Positions 20,472 to 30,903 of a stretch of DNA of 64,000 nt are shown here, in pieces. Positions within the stretch are counted from its first letter, which is position 1. Every line of letters begins with the position of its first letter. Source of the stretch: Candidatus Saccharimonadales bacterium (GTDB taxonomy: Bacteria > Patescibacteriota > Saccharimonadia > Saccharimonadales > UBA4665); contig DATIIP010000033.1 of the NCBI GenBank assembly GCA_035479475.1, positions 2,449 through 66,448 on the forward strand. Direction: 5' to 3'. Position numbers and translations under genes: made by a program. The notes under the pieces were generated by a model, which was given only the letters and a program-made list of their open reading frames with translations, searched no databases and was not told the DNA's origin.

Positions 20472-21050
20472 CTACTTTCTAGCAACCCCGAGAGCGTCGG
20501 CGTACCACTTCAGTGTTTTGGCCAGCGTCTGCAGATTGGTCTGCGGGCCGTACGGTTTTTCGGCCAGTTCAGCGGCCAGGATGCCGGCGTCATCAATCGC
20601 CTCACCCACGCGGTCGGTAAAGAACAGCGCCTGCGGAATCGTGACCGCGCCCACGCCGGGGAGTGCCATGCGCAAACTGGCAATTGCCTGTGCGCCACCA
20701 CTCGTGCCATGGCCTACGAGTGCCACCGGCTTGTCATCTATTTCGTGCGCCAATACATCGATGGCGTTTTTGAGCACGGCGCTGGTACTGCGGTTGTACT
20801 CCGGCGTTACGAACACATAGCCGTCAAATTCGGCAATTTTGTCGAGCCACTTTTGTACCTCTGGCGCCGGCGTACGATTGGGATTGTAGCGCGGGCTGAT
20901 CGCTTCATCCAAGAACGGCATGGGGTAGTCGCGCAGATCCAACAGTTCTACGTCGTTCTCCTTGGCAGCTTCGGCGGCTACCCATTTGGCCAGCTTATCC
21001 GTGGAACGGCCCTCGCGGGTGGAACCAATAATTACGGCAATTTTCGTCAT
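20472..21050 (-). CDS. NAD(P)H-dependent FMN reductase family protein
   Basis: 'MTKIAVIIGSTREGRSTDKLAKWV...FVTPEYNRSTSAVLKNAID'. ATG at 21050 with AGGAGG upstream. Confidence 0.85.
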   Translation of the reverse strand: MTKIAVIIGSTREGRSTDKLAKWVAAEAAKENDVELLDLRDYPMPFLDEAISPRYNPNRTPAPEVQKWLDKIAEFDGYVFVTPEYNRSTSAVLKNAIDVLAHEIDDKPVALVGHGTSGGAQAIASLRMALPGVGAVTIPQALFFTDRVGEAIDDAGILAAELAEKPYGPQTNLQTLAKTLKWYADALGVARK

Positions 21051-21130
21051 ACACCCTCCTTTACGCAGTGTGCTATACTTTTTATAGTTGATACTAACCA
21101 GTATAAGTCCATTACTATACAAAGTAAAGC

Positions 21131-21475
21131 ATGAAAATAACAGATACAACTCTCGCCTTGGAGCCCAAAGTGGGCTGTATTGCCAGCGCCATGGAAATCA
21201 TCGGCAGCAAGTGGACAGCGCTCATTTTGCGTGATTTGGCCGACGGCCCCAAACGCTTTAGCGAGCTCGAAAAGTCGGTGGGTGCCATCAACCCCCGCAC
21301 GCTTTCACAGCGGCTCGACGATCTGGAAAAACACGCCATCGTCACCAAACGCTCATACGCCGAGACTCCGCCCCGCATCGAATACACCTTGACTGCAAAG
21401 GGCAAAGACCTAGTACCCGTGCTCAAAGCCATGTCGGCCTGGGGCGATAAGTATTACGATATGAGCAGCTGTTAG
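21131..21475 (+). CDS. HxlR-family transcriptional regulator
   Basis: 'IIGSKWTALILRDLADGPKRFSELEKSV..INPRTLSQRLDDLEKHAIV...YTLTAKGKDL'. Divergent from the FMN reductase gene. Confidence 0.9.
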   Translation: MKITDTTLALEPKVGCIASAMEIIGSKWTALILRDLADGPKRFSELEKSVGAINPRTLSQRLDDLEKHAIVTKRSYAETPPRIEYTLTAKGKDLVPVLKAMSAWGDKYYDMSSC

Positions 21476-21499
21476 CGCTACGGCGCTCACCTGTCTTTC

Positions 21500-21898
21500 T
21501 TAATCTTTCCTAAATTCCAATGCTGCTGAATTGATGCAGTAATGTTTGCCGTTAGGCGAGCTGGGATCGTCAAAATAGTGGCCCAGGTGACTGCCACAGG
21601 TGGCGCAGCGGACTGCCGTGCGGTGCATTCCAAAGGTAGTGTCGTCCACAAGTTCCAGCGCATCGTTGGTAGCAGCCTCGCTAAAGCTGGGCCAACCGAT
21701 CAGCCCCGGTACGGTCGACTCGTATTTGGTATCACTTGTAAACAGCAGCGAGCCGCAGACCGGGCAACGGTACTCACCTTTTTCCTCGTTGTACAGCAGC
21801 TGGCCGGTGCCCGGTGCCTCGGTGCCGTTTTCACGCAACACGTGGAACTGCTCAGGGGTCAGACGAGCACGCAGCTCGTTGTCATCAAACTGCTGCAT
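21500..21898 (-). CDS. msrB: Peptide-methionine (R)-S-oxide reductase
   Basis: Two CxxC pairs ('CPVCGS', 'CATCGS'), 'GWPSF' and 'HLGHYFDD'. Confidence 0.92.
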   Translation of the reverse strand: MQQFDDNELRARLTPEQFHVLRENGTEAPGTGQLLYNEEKGEYRCPVCGSLLFTSDTKYESTVPGLIGWPSFSEAATNDALELVDDTTFGMHRTAVRCATCGSHLGHYFDDPSSPNGKHYCINSAALEFRKD

Positions 21899-21900
21899 AG

Positions 21901-22371
21901 CTACTGCTGCGACTCCTTTTTCTTTTTGAGCTTATCTAGCCGCAGTAGTTTTACTGCCAGATACATAATCACCACTACGAATACAAATTCGATGACCGCG
22001 TACACAAACGCACCCCATGGCACAGTGACTGGCACATTGCCATGATGCCAATAGGCAACCCGGGAGGCCAGGTTCTGACCGAACAGCACCTCGATCCATG
22101 GTTCAATAAAACTGGCCACAATCTGTTTGACCACGGCATTGGCCTGCTGGCCCACAATAAAACCAATCGCTAGTCCAATCACCGCATATTCGCGCAAAAA
22201 CTTAGCAAAGCCGCCCACCTGCTCGCGCACCAGCTCATCCGGCTCCAATAAGATAGTAACACCATGGTGTTTGTGCCCCTTTGGCTGGGTGATTTTGACG
22301 CTGCCATCAGCGGTTTCGGTGACTTTAGTTTGGGCCTGAGGTTTAGGAGTCTCTTTGGGTGTATCTGCCAT
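21901..22371 (-). CDS. mscL: Large-conductance mechanosensitive channel with an N-terminal extension
   Basis: 'GFAKFLREYAVIGLAIGFIVGQQANAVVKQIVASFIEPWI' followed by a second TM. Confidence 0.8.
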   Translation of the reverse strand: MADTPKETPKPQAQTKVTETADGSVKITQPKGHKHHGVTILLEPDELVREQVGGFAKFLREYAVIGLAIGFIVGQQANAVVKQIVASFIEPWIEVLFGQNLASRVAYWHHGNVPVTVPWGAFVYAVIEFVFVVVIMYLAVKLLRLDKLKKKKESQQ

Positions 22372-22375
22372 ATGC

Positions 22376-23086
22376 TTATTTTACTCCTTTTAGCCCCATA
22401 TAATATGTACGCTGTTGCGGACTGAAATGCTCAATGGCATAGCGCAAGGTGGTGCGCGGCATGGTGGCCGCGTGTTTATCCAAAAACTGCAGTAACAGCT
22501 TGCGATCCACTCGCTTGCCGATCTCGCGCAGCATCCAACCGACCGCCTTTTGGATGAGGTCGTGTTGGTCGTGCAGCAATCGCTCGGCAATGACCAGTGC
22601 CTCGTCAGCACGATGCTTAGTACGAATGTAATCGAATGTGGCCAGCATGGCGATACGCCGTTCCCACAGGTTGGTCGAAGCCGCCAGTTTTTGCAACACC
22701 AGCATCTTCTCGGGCCGGTTTTCTAGATATGGCCCAACGATGTATTCGGCACTAGCATCTACCAGGTCCCAGTTATTGATGTGTGCCGTGTGCGTTATAT
22801 AAAAATCATAAATTGCTTTTTGCTGTGCTGCGCTGGCGCGCGGATATTGCAGTACCAAAATGAATAACGCACAGAGGCGCTCATCGTGCCACTCGCTGGT
22901 CATCAGCTGCTCCAGGTCACGTAGCGGTAAATCACGGAATAGCTTGGAGACTAGACGAGTTTTTGGCACCGTGACACCTAGGAATTTGTCGTATTCGGCA
23001 TACTCGCCCGGCCCGGCTTTGAAGACACGCGGCTCGTGGTCGATATACTGGCGCAGCGCATGCTGTACTTGGAGAACTGCGTTCAT
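22376..23086 (-). CDS. DNA alkylation repair protein (AlkD-like HEAT-repeat family)
   Basis: 'YAEYDKFLGVTVPKTR', 'NNWDLVDASA', 'WERRIAM', 'VGWMLREIGKR'. Confidence 0.8.
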   Translation of the reverse strand: MNAVLQVQHALRQYIDHEPRVFKAGPGEYAEYDKFLGVTVPKTRLVSKLFRDLPLRDLEQLMTSEWHDERLCALFILVLQYPRASAAQQKAIYDFYITHTAHINNWDLVDASAEYIVGPYLENRPEKMLVLQKLAASTNLWERRIAMLATFDYIRTKHRADEALVIAERLLHDQHDLIQKAVGWMLREIGKRVDRKLLLQFLDKHAATMPRTTLRYAIEHFSPQQRTYYMGLKGVK

Positions 23087-24763
23087 CTACATCCGTTCGG
23101 GGGCGGCGATGCCGAGCAGTTCTAGGCCATTCCGCAGCGTGTCTGCATAGTGGCGCACCAGCGTTAGCCGCGGGGCCTCGCGTTCGCCCGAGCCGATCAC
23201 CCGATTATGCTCGTAAAACTGGTTGAACTTCTGCGCCAATTCATACAGATAGGTGCAGATGTGGTGCGGCATGAGCTCGTTGGTGGCCCGCTCTACCACC
23301 TCGGTATATTCGGTGACCTTGCGCAGTAAGCTGCGTTCGTCGGGCTCCAGGCCAGTTAGTTCTGCTCCCGCCTGCTCGCCGGCCTTGGCCAAAATGCTTC
23401 GCGCCCGGGCATGGGCATATTGCAGATACGGCCCACTGTTGCCTTCCAGGGCAACCGATTCCTTGGGGTCATAGGCGATGTCACCGCCAATCCGGTTCTT
23501 TGCAAAAGCATATTTTACGGCCGCCAAGATGGTCTCTTCGGATGGGTTAGTGCCCGTTTCTGCTCCGGCGTCGCGGGCAGCCTGCAAAATATCCAGGGCG
23601 GTGATTATATTGCCCTTTCTGGAGCTCATCTTGATTCCGCCCTGTAGCTTAACCAAACCGTGAACAAGGTGGGCACTGCGGTTCACCAGTTCTGGCTCAA
23701 ACTGCTCAATACTTTTGTAGACAACCGCCATATACTGCTCGATTTCGTTGGCCGTAATAATGATCGAACGATCAAACTGATAATCGCGCCATTTTGTAAG
23801 GATCAACCCCACTTCCTTAGCTTCGTAAGTGGGTAGCCCGTGGCCGTTAATAAAGACTCGGGTATGCAGACCATAGGGCTCGCCTTTAAAAACCACCGCT
23901 CCATCGCTTTCTTCGTAGACACCCTTGGCAAGCTGCTCAGTAACAGCTTGGATACCCGGCGGCGTAATTTCGCTCTCTGGAATGTATCGATCAAATTGCT
24001 TTACTTTTAGCTGCTTATAGAGCTCCGGAAAGTAGTCATAACTCCATTGCCGACAAGTCCAGTAGATTTGTGCAAAGGGTGATTCGTGGTCATTATCGGC
24101 GTGCACTTGATAAACCCGCTTGTTCATGGCTATCACTTCATCATGCGTTGTTCTGCCGTCTTCATCGGCAGTCGTACCCTCTACATAGCGTGCACCCATC
24201 CAGGACGGCCGTTCAGCTTCCGGGATATTAGCTAGTTTTTCGGGCAATTCCCCACCAAGATTATTGACGATACCCCACATACTCCGGCCCACATGCAGCC
24301 CTACATCACCGCCGTAGTTAATACGAATGGTTTCAGCACCAGCGCGCTCCACTAGGCGCGAGATAGTATCGCCAACTAGCGTGGTGTAGAGATGCCCGGC
24401 ATGGAGCGGCTTGAACGGATTTGGATCGGAATATTCCAGTACCCATTTTTGGCCGGTCAGCGGTTTGGGCAAATCAGCCTTTGCAGCAGCCAGCAACGCC
24501 GACTCCGTGAGCGTCAGATTCAGAAAGCCGGGCCCCGCAACAGATACACTCGCCACTTTCTCGGCCAAGCTGTCACGGATTCTCACCGCCAGGCCTTCAG
24601 CTACCTCACGTGGATTCTTACCCGCCTGTTTGCTTAACTGCAGCGCCACATTCGTAGCGTAATCACCGAATTGTTCTTCGGGACGTGTCAGCTCCACTGA
24701 CACGTCCAGCCCGAACAATTCCTTAACCGAGGCGGTAATCGCCTGTTCCAACTCTGTTTTCAT
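23087..24763 (-). CDS. argS: Arginine--tRNA ligase
   Basis: HIGH-type 'PLHAGHLYTT' and KMSK-type 'KMSSRKG'. Start placed at ATG 24763 (MKTELEQ), 8 nt downstream of a TATAAT box; the track start at 24772 is a TTG. Confidence 0.95.
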   Translation of the reverse strand: MKTELEQAITASVKELFGLDVSVELTRPEEQFGDYATNVALQLSKQAGKNPREVAEGLAVRIRDSLAEKVASVSVAGPGFLNLTLTESALLAAAKADLPKPLTGQKWVLEYSDPNPFKPLHAGHLYTTLVGDTISRLVERAGAETIRINYGGDVGLHVGRSMWGIVNNLGGELPEKLANIPEAERPSWMGARYVEGTTADEDGRTTHDEVIAMNKRVYQVHADNDHESPFAQIYWTCRQWSYDYFPELYKQLKVKQFDRYIPESEITPPGIQAVTEQLAKGVYEESDGAVVFKGEPYGLHTRVFINGHGLPTYEAKEVGLILTKWRDYQFDRSIIITANEIEQYMAVVYKSIEQFEPELVNRSAHLVHGLVKLQGGIKMSSRKGNIITALDILQAARDAGAETGTNPSEETILAAVKYAFAKNRIGGDIAYDPKESVALEGNSGPYLQYAHARARSILAKAGEQAGAELTGLEPDERSLLRKVTEYTEVVERATNELMPHHICTYLYELAQKFNQFYEHNRVIGSGEREAPRLTLVRHYADTLRNGLELLGIAAPERM

Positions 24764-24813
24764 CTGGAACAATTATACATCCTTTCTTAGGCCACGTTAC
24801 TGGCAAAACTTAC

Positions 24814-25650
24814 TTATGCAGGAATCCCGACTCGACCCATAGCCGCTACACTCGGCGTGAGCTTACCAATCGCTCGCAACGCGGCAAACCGTTCAGTGTA
24901 CACGGGCAGACCATGCTCGCCCACCAGCTCAGGTATCTTACAGTCGAATGCCAGATAGCTCAAAGCTAGCCAATATGCCTTTTCGTGGCCAAAAGCGCTC
25001 ACCAATTGCCGAATTATTTTTTTCGTCGGCTTGTTACTCTCATTAAGCTCGGTTGCTATCCCTAGTCCTTGACAGGCAGTGTTCAGCGCCTCGATGACGT
25101 CGGCGGTTTGGCAGCCCAGTGAGTGATCCTCATCGATGTACTTCCCCGGTATGGCTATATCTGGGTTCACAAATGAGGGCAGCGGCACCGCCAGATCGCC
25201 GTATGTTACGAATTGTGAAGCAACGCCATGGCTCGCACAAAAGTCTGCAAACACTTGCCGATAGGCGTCCTCATGCTGTGCTAGCTGCGTAGCATGCTTA
25301 TCGTGCCCTGCATTACCGCCGTTGTACCCGCTTAGTAACACTCCTTTGTCGGCAAACACCGCCGTCACCTGTACCGGAGCAGCCTGGTCTGCAGCATGCA
25401 ACACCGTGGCGCCGAGCACCTGCTGCAGCGCTCCCCATTTGTTACCCAAAGCCGCATCTAGGTCAGCGGCAGACTCTACGGTCACCAGTTTAGATAGCCC
25501 TGGATCCTCCCAGGTAGCCTTTTGGTACACAGGCCCAAAGGTAACGAGTAGGTGCAACGGGTCAAAACCAACTTTTTCTGAATTCTCAACAGTCGCGCCC
25601 GGATAAGCCGCGCCAACAACTTCACAAATTCCGTTTTCTATAGTAGACAT
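24814..25650 (-). CDS. Hypothetical protein
   Basis: 278-aa ORF with GGAG upstream; no recognisable motif. Confidence 0.6.
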   Translation of the reverse strand: MSTIENGICEVVGAAYPGATVENSEKVGFDPLHLLVTFGPVYQKATWEDPGLSKLVTVESAADLDAALGNKWGALQQVLGATVLHAADQAAPVQVTAVFADKGVLLSGYNGGNAGHDKHATQLAQHEDAYRQVFADFCASHGVASQFVTYGDLAVPLPSFVNPDIAIPGKYIDEDHSLGCQTADVIEALNTACQGLGIATELNESNKPTKKIIRQLVSAFGHEKAYWLALSYLAFDCKIPELVGEHGLPVYTERFAALRAIGKLTPSVAAMGRVGIPA

Positions 25651-25663
25651 GATTATTCTCCAA

Positions 25664-25694
25664 TTAAAAAGCTCCCGGGTTGTTTGCGGGAGCT
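25664..25694 (-). terminator. Rho-independent terminator
   Basis: Minus strand reads 'AGCTCCCG caaacaacc CGGGAGCT TTTTT'. Confidence 0.7.
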
Positions 25695-25820
25695 GTCTGG
25701 AGCCTAGTTATTAGTTTTTAGCAATTACAAGGACAACTCCCGGTGGTACGTGAGCTGCGGCGGCGAACAGAAATAATTGCATATGTTGTGTGCATAGCGG
25801 TAACAATACTATAAATAAGT

Positions 25821-26519
25821 TCACTCTGCAAGTCTGTAGTGATCTGCTCCGTCATGCATAGCCTCGCCTAGTTGCCAGCCCACCACGTACAGACTGCCGA
25901 GCAGCACAAAAAAGCTGAGCGTCATGCTAAACATGGCAAAGTGCTGCAACGGATGCAGTAGATGGTCGGAGACATCAAACAAAATGCCGGCCGGGTTCAC
26001 CAACACATCCCAGCTGTTCCAGCGCAAATCCCGCCCCAGGTAAATCGCAAAGCTGCACAACAGCAGAACTGCAGCGATCAGCAAGCTAGAGCTACGCAGG
26101 CTGAGTCGTTTACGCAGCTCGGTGTGCACCAAATACAGGCTGCAGAAGCCAACCAGCGCGGCCGTAAAGATAAACGAGGTGAACATCACCACGTCATACA
26201 GCAGATTGTGACGCGGCACGTCCTGGATATGCACAAAATCGCTGACCATGTAAAAACTGTTGGGCAAAAAGATAAGCCACAGCAATGTCAGCGAGAGCGG
26301 CCACCAGTCCGACCAACGTTGCACGGGCAGACTACGCAGGAGCAAGCCGGCGAACACCAGTGGCAACCAGGCTAAAAACAGATTCTGCACTAGATAGTTA
26401 AACTGCAAACTATGGTTGGTTAGCGCTCCAACCACAAACAGGCAGCCGCTCACCACGGTTAACCCCCCAAGGCTTGCCACCACCCGCTCGCGTGGGCTCA
26501 GTTGCCTCCGCTTTCGCAT
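25821..26519 (-). CDS. Polytopic membrane protein, DUF1361-like
   Basis: About 6 TM helices; 'NLFLAWLPLVFA' resembles the DUF1361 signature (from memory). Confidence 0.55.
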   Translation of the reverse strand: MRKRRQLSPRERVVASLGGLTVVSGCLFVVGALTNHSLQFNYLVQNLFLAWLPLVFAGLLLRSLPVQRWSDWWPLSLTLLWLIFLPNSFYMVSDFVHIQDVPRHNLLYDVVMFTSFIFTAALVGFCSLYLVHTELRKRLSLRSSSLLIAAVLLLCSFAIYLGRDLRWNSWDVLVNPAGILFDVSDHLLHPLQHFAMFSMTLSFFVLLGSLYVVGWQLGEAMHDGADHYRLAE

Positions 26520-26548
26520 GTCTTTAGTATAGCGTACTGCGTTATTTG

Positions 26549-27589
26549 CTACGGCAGTAGCAATGTAAACAGCGCCCCGCCGTCAGGGTGATTCATCGCT
26601 TCCAGCTCTGCACCATGCACATCCGCAATTTGTTTTGCCAGGCTGAGGCCAATACCATGGCCGCTCACCTTGGCAGAGCGAGCTTTATCACCGCGGTACA
26701 TACGTTCGAAAATATGCGGCATATCCTGGGCCGTGATCCCCGGCCCTTGGTCACGCACTGCCAGAATGTAGCCATTGCTGCGCTTTTCCCCGCCTACCAC
26801 AATCTCACCGTCGGCCGGTCCGTACTTGGCTGCATTATCCAGTAAGATAGTGAGGAGCTCGGTTAGGCTTTCGCGGTCGGCTAGCACCTTGGCCGGGGCG
26901 ACTTTGAGCGTAAAGCGCGGCCGGACATCTTTCGGCAAGCGGCGTTGGCTGCGTTCCACGGCTTCGTCCACTATCTCTCGTACAGCAACCTGTTTTTTGG
27001 TAACACCGGCTTGCTCGTATTGATTCAGCGCCAGCAGGTTGGCAGCTAATCGCTCCAGCCGTTCCACTTCTTCCAAATTGCTGGTAATTTGTTCGCGCGC
27101 CGCGCCCTCGTCGAAGTGCTTTTGCCGCAAAAACACTTCGTTTTCCAGGCGCATACTGGCCAGCGGCGTCCGCAGTTCGTGGCTGGCGTCGGCCGTAAAG
27201 CGTTTTTGTTGAGCATGGGCCTCCTCGATGGGGCGTAACGTCCGGCCGGCATACCAATAGCTCAAAAACGCACCGGCTATCAGCAACACGATGTCGGTGT
27301 ACACGAAATCGCGATTCAAACGCGCCCGCGTTACTGCCGCTTGCTGCTCCTGAGCATTGGCAAAATAGCGAACTTCGCCATGCGGTGTAATAACGTCAGT
27401 CGGACCTTCGAGTGCATCGTAATATTTTTGGAACAGGCGGTAGGCCGCACTGCGCTGGGCGTCGTCGCCCCGCCCCAGTTCGTAATTGGTAAAGGCATGC
27501 ACACCCACCGTCAGCAGCAAACAAAACGCCACCAACACCGCAAAGTAGAAAGCAGTGAGTTTGAGCCGGGCCGAGTGAAAAATGTCCAT
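26549..27589 (-). CDS. Sensor histidine kinase
   Basis: H-box 'FTADASHELRTPLASM', N-box 'LLDNAAKY', G-box 'GHGIGLSLAKQI'; two N-terminal TM helices. Confidence 0.9.
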   Translation of the reverse strand: MDIFHSARLKLTAFYFAVLVAFCLLLTVGVHAFTNYELGRGDDAQRSAAYRLFQKYYDALEGPTDVITPHGEVRYFANAQEQQAAVTRARLNRDFVYTDIVLLIAGAFLSYWYAGRTLRPIEEAHAQQKRFTADASHELRTPLASMRLENEVFLRQKHFDEGAAREQITSNLEEVERLERLAANLLALNQYEQAGVTKKQVAVREIVDEAVERSQRRLPKDVRPRFTLKVAPAKVLADRESLTELLTILLDNAAKYGPADGEIVVGGEKRSNGYILAVRDQGPGITAQDMPHIFERMYRGDKARSAKVSGHGIGLSLAKQIADVHGAELEAMNHPDGGALFTLLLP

Positions 27590-27606
27590 TGGCTGTTCAC
27601 CCTATT

Positions 27607-28275
27607 CTACACGGCAGTATAGCCAAATCCGCGCACCGTTTTCACGATGTTCTCACCACCCGGTTTATCGATCTTCTTGCGTAAATTGGCCACAAATGTT
27701 TCCACCGTGTTGTGCTGCACCCGAGAATCATCGGCCCAGACATGGTCCAGCAACTGGTCTTTGCTGAGCACTTCCCCGCGCCGGGCGGCCAGATACTCTA
27801 GTAGCTGAAACTCCTTGGCGGTCAGATGCACTTCTTTGCCTGCCTTGGTAACCGATTTGTTGATGCTGTTGATAACCACATCACCGAGCGTATAGCTAGT
27901 ACCCTCACCGGCTGTCGGCCTCCGCAGCAGCGCCCGAATGCGCGCCAACAACTCATCAAAACTAAAGGGCTTGGGTAGATAATCATCCGCCCCGGCATCC
28001 AGGCCATGCACCCGATCGCCGATGCTGCCGCGAGCCGTCAGCATCAAAATAGGCATAAAATGTTTCTGATCGTGCCACAGTTTGATCAGCCCGGGGCCAT
28101 CGTGCTTGCCCGGAATCATCCAGTCTAGCAACACCAAATCGTAATCACCGGCGCCGGTGAGCGTCTCTGCCATATCACCGTCCACGGCGACATCAACCAC
28201 ATAGCCTTCGGCCTGCAAGCCACGTTGCAGGCTGGCGGCAATCTTCGGTTCGTCTTCTACTACCAATATCTTCAT
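27607..28275 (-). CDS. OmpR-family response regulator
   Basis: 'MKILVVEDEPKIA', 'LVLLDWMIPG', and a C-terminal winged helix 'TAKEFQLLEYL...VRGFGY'. Confidence 0.93.
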   Translation of the reverse strand: MKILVVEDEPKIAASLQRGLQAEGYVVDVAVDGDMAETLTGAGDYDLVLLDWMIPGKHDGPGLIKLWHDQKHFMPILMLTARGSIGDRVHGLDAGADDYLPKPFSFDELLARIRALLRRPTAGEGTSYTLGDVVINSINKSVTKAGKEVHLTAKEFQLLEYLAARRGEVLSKDQLLDHVWADDSRVQHNTVETFVANLRKKIDKPGGENIVKTVRGFGYTAV

Positions 28276-28340
28276 AGCAGCTTCCTTTCAAACGTACCTA
28301 TAGTTTGCCGGATCAAGCTGTAGGATTGCTGCAAGCTGTC

Positions 28341-29024
28341 CTACTCAGTTCTTAAAGCCTGCAGAACACTTTCGAGCTGTATAACATCAGGAATGATATG
28401 CTGCACTCCCAGTTCTTTAGCCTGCTGTTCGGTAAGGTGCCCCGTTAACACCACCACCGGCTTGACTCCTGCCGCTTGCGCCATCAGCACATCATTCTTG
28501 GCGTCGCCCACCACAATGGTTTCCGCCTGCTTAGCAGCGTGGGTTCGCATTATTTCTTCAACCATATAGGGTGACGGCTTTGCCTGACCTGGGTCATTAA
28601 AATCGTGGGATGACATAATTGTGCTGAACACATCAGGTACTTGAAACAGAGGAAAGATGCGCTGCACAAGCAGTTTGCGCTGTTGAGAGGTAGCAAGCGC
28701 CAGCGTGTAGTGTTGGGCTAGGTTCCGCAAAAATTCTTGGCCGCCCGACACAAACTGCAGCTTACTTAGAAAAACCTTGCTGTCTTTATAGGTTTGATAG
28801 CGTCCGACAGCGGCCGCCAAATCTGCTTTGTGCTCTGAGTCGAGCAATGCTTGGAAGATGACTTGGTGCGGCCGACCCCACAAATAGGTCACTGTCCGCT
28901 CAAGCTCGGCCTGGTCAGGCTCCATACCGATATCGACCAAAGCTTGTCGATAACACGCAAAATGGCCCTGGATTGCCCCCATAATGAACACGTCATCCCA
29001 GTCGAAAATAATCAACCGTATCAC
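28341..29024 (-). CDS. HAD-superfamily hydrolase
   Basis: Motif I 'LIIFDWDDV' and motif IV 'VGDAKNDVLMAQAAG'. Confidence 0.8.
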   Translation of the reverse strand: MIRLIIFDWDDVFIMGAIQGHFACYRQALVDIGMEPDQAELERTVTYLWGRPHQVIFQALLDSEHKADLAAAVGRYQTYKDSKVFLSKLQFVSGGQEFLRNLAQHYTLALATSQQRKLLVQRIFPLFQVPDVFSTIMSSHDFNDPGQAKPSPYMVEEIMRTHAAKQAETIVVGDAKNDVLMAQAAGVKPVVVLTGHLTEQQAKELGVQHIIPDVIQLESVLQALRTE

Positions 29025-29052
29025 TACCAGTTTGCCCTATGCGGTCCCTGGC

Positions 29053-30084
29053 TCAGGCGTTGAGTTCTGCCTTGAGCTTCTCTACCAAGTCCACCGGGGT
29101 TGGGTCGACGCCATTCAAAAACGCCAGATACAGACTGACAAAATCACCCATGTTCGATGCCCAGATCAGTTGCTTGATCACTGAATCGCCTTGAGCATTA
29201 ATCACATGCGCTGCCGGACGCAAGCCCGAAAGCAAACGGTTACTAACTTCAAACCGTTTCTGGACTCGCGGGTGCTCCAGCGTGGAGCGCAGCTCTACGA
29301 TGCCATAGGGTTTATCGACCGGATGACTACTCCAGCCGATGAATTCATTGTGATTAAATTCTGGTATCTGATTTCCCCAGGCCACATTTTTAGCGTTTTC
29401 ATTTAGGCAAATCCGAAACTTGTTGGCTGCCGGGAACATTTTTGGCCCGCCGTACACCACCACACTTTTGCCCATCAGCTCTTGCGCTAATTGCTTCGCT
29501 GGGTTGTTTCCCGTCGGCACCGTCACAGCCCAGGCACCCGTTTGGCCGCTCAGCCAATCACCCGCTTCGCGTAGTTCCTGCAGGCTTCCCTCCGGTACCA
29601 AGCCAAGCGGCTCAAGAAGCTGCACTAGGGCCGTCAGCATATAGAACGACGACATCCGCGGTTGAATACCTCCGGGTACCTGGTAGAGCGGATAGCCTGC
29701 CTCTTTGGCCCTATCCACCAGCTTGCCACCTGCCGCTACTACGCAAATTTGTGCCTTACGCTCTTCGGCCTCGGTTAGAGCCGACAACGACTCCTCGGTG
29801 TTACCCGAGTAGCTCGAGGCAATAAATAGAGTGTGCTCATCAATGTAGCGCGGGATGTTGTAATCGCGCACAATCTCGAACGGCACCGCTAGACCCGGCC
29901 ACGATTGCAAAAACATAGCATACCAGGCCGATCCACCCATCCCGCCTAACACTACGTTGCGGATTTCTGTTGTCGGCGTAAAAGTAATGCCGTAATCGTG
30001 TTGCAGCTGCTTCCACTGATCGCCGACTACCCCGAGCGCATCGCTTGGGTCCTTCTGGTGAATCAGTTTTAGATCGTCGAGCAT
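29053..30084 (-). CDS. Bifunctional phosphoglucose/phosphomannose isomerase (SIS-domain, archaeal/CPR type)
   Basis: 'VLGGMGGSA', 'FIASSYSGNTEE'; size and layout fit the PGI/PMI family. Confidence 0.75.
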   Translation of the reverse strand: MLDDLKLIHQKDPSDALGVVGDQWKQLQHDYGITFTPTTEIRNVVLGGMGGSAWYAMFLQSWPGLAVPFEIVRDYNIPRYIDEHTLFIASSYSGNTEESLSALTEAEERKAQICVVAAGGKLVDRAKEAGYPLYQVPGGIQPRMSSFYMLTALVQLLEPLGLVPEGSLQELREAGDWLSGQTGAWAVTVPTGNNPAKQLAQELMGKSVVVYGGPKMFPAANKFRICLNENAKNVAWGNQIPEFNHNEFIGWSSHPVDKPYGIVELRSTLEHPRVQKRFEVSNRLLSGLRPAAHVINAQGDSVIKQLIWASNMGDFVSLYLAFLNGVDPTPVDLVEKLKAELNA

Positions 30085-30195
30085 GCATCCTCCATTCTGC
30101 TATTGCTTATCCCCAAACTTTGATACTATACTTATTGTAAATTGTGTGGGCTACCTTTGTAAAATACTCGCACAACTGAATAACAGGGGGTAGGG

Positions 30196-30807
30196 ATGCT
30201 TTTCGGACACCAAAATGATGACGCCACTCAGCCGACACCAGATCCAGTAGCAGTGGCGGCGCCAACTGTAAATCCACTGGCGGTTGACCCCGATACAGGC
30301 GTGAGCTTGCCAGTGGCTACCGAGATAGCCTCTCCAGAGCCAAGCGCTCTCAACCAACCCGCCACACCACCCGTTCCGCCGCTACCCACTCCACCGTCAC
30401 CCACGGTAGACAGCACGGTGGTATCACCCGAACCTGCAGCCGCTCCCGAATTGCCACCTGTCCCAAGCCCGACCGAGCCCATTATGCCGCTTGATGACTC
30501 TACGATAGTTAGTAGTGATCCTATTACAGGCACCGATCCGGTTATTTCTCCTGTGGCAGATGACCTGATCGAGCTCAAACAGCAAGCCCTGGCCCAATTA
30601 AGCCCCCTGGTAGACCAGCTGGACCAGACACCCGAGGAAGAATTCCGCACCACCATGATGATGATTCAGAGCACCGATAACCAAATGCTCATCAAGAAAG
30701 CCTACGAGGCTGCCCAGAAAATCGTCGACGAGAAAACACGCGCCCAGGCGTTACTCGACGTCATCAACGAAATCAATTACTTCACCCAACCAAAACCCGA
30801 AGCCTGA
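30196..30807 (+). CDS. Hypothetical protein with a Pro/Thr-rich N-half and helical C-terminal domain
   Basis: ORF with a GGGGG SD-like run upstream; low-complexity P/T/V region. Confidence 0.6.
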   Translation: MLFGHQNDDATQPTPDPVAVAAPTVNPLAVDPDTGVSLPVATEIASPEPSALNQPATPPVPPLPTPPSPTVDSTVVSPEPAAAPELPPVPSPTEPIMPLDDSTIVSSDPITGTDPVISPVADDLIELKQQALAQLSPLVDQLDQTPEEEFRTTMMMIQSTDNQMLIKKAYEAAQKIVDEKTRAQALLDVINEINYFTQPKPEA

Positions 30808-30903
30808 AATCTTAAGATCTCATTAAAAACTGTAAGTTTTCTTACAAAAGCTCTCCCTGCTCTGGGGCTACTATTAAGGTACAAACGTAAGCGAAGGGGG
30901 ATT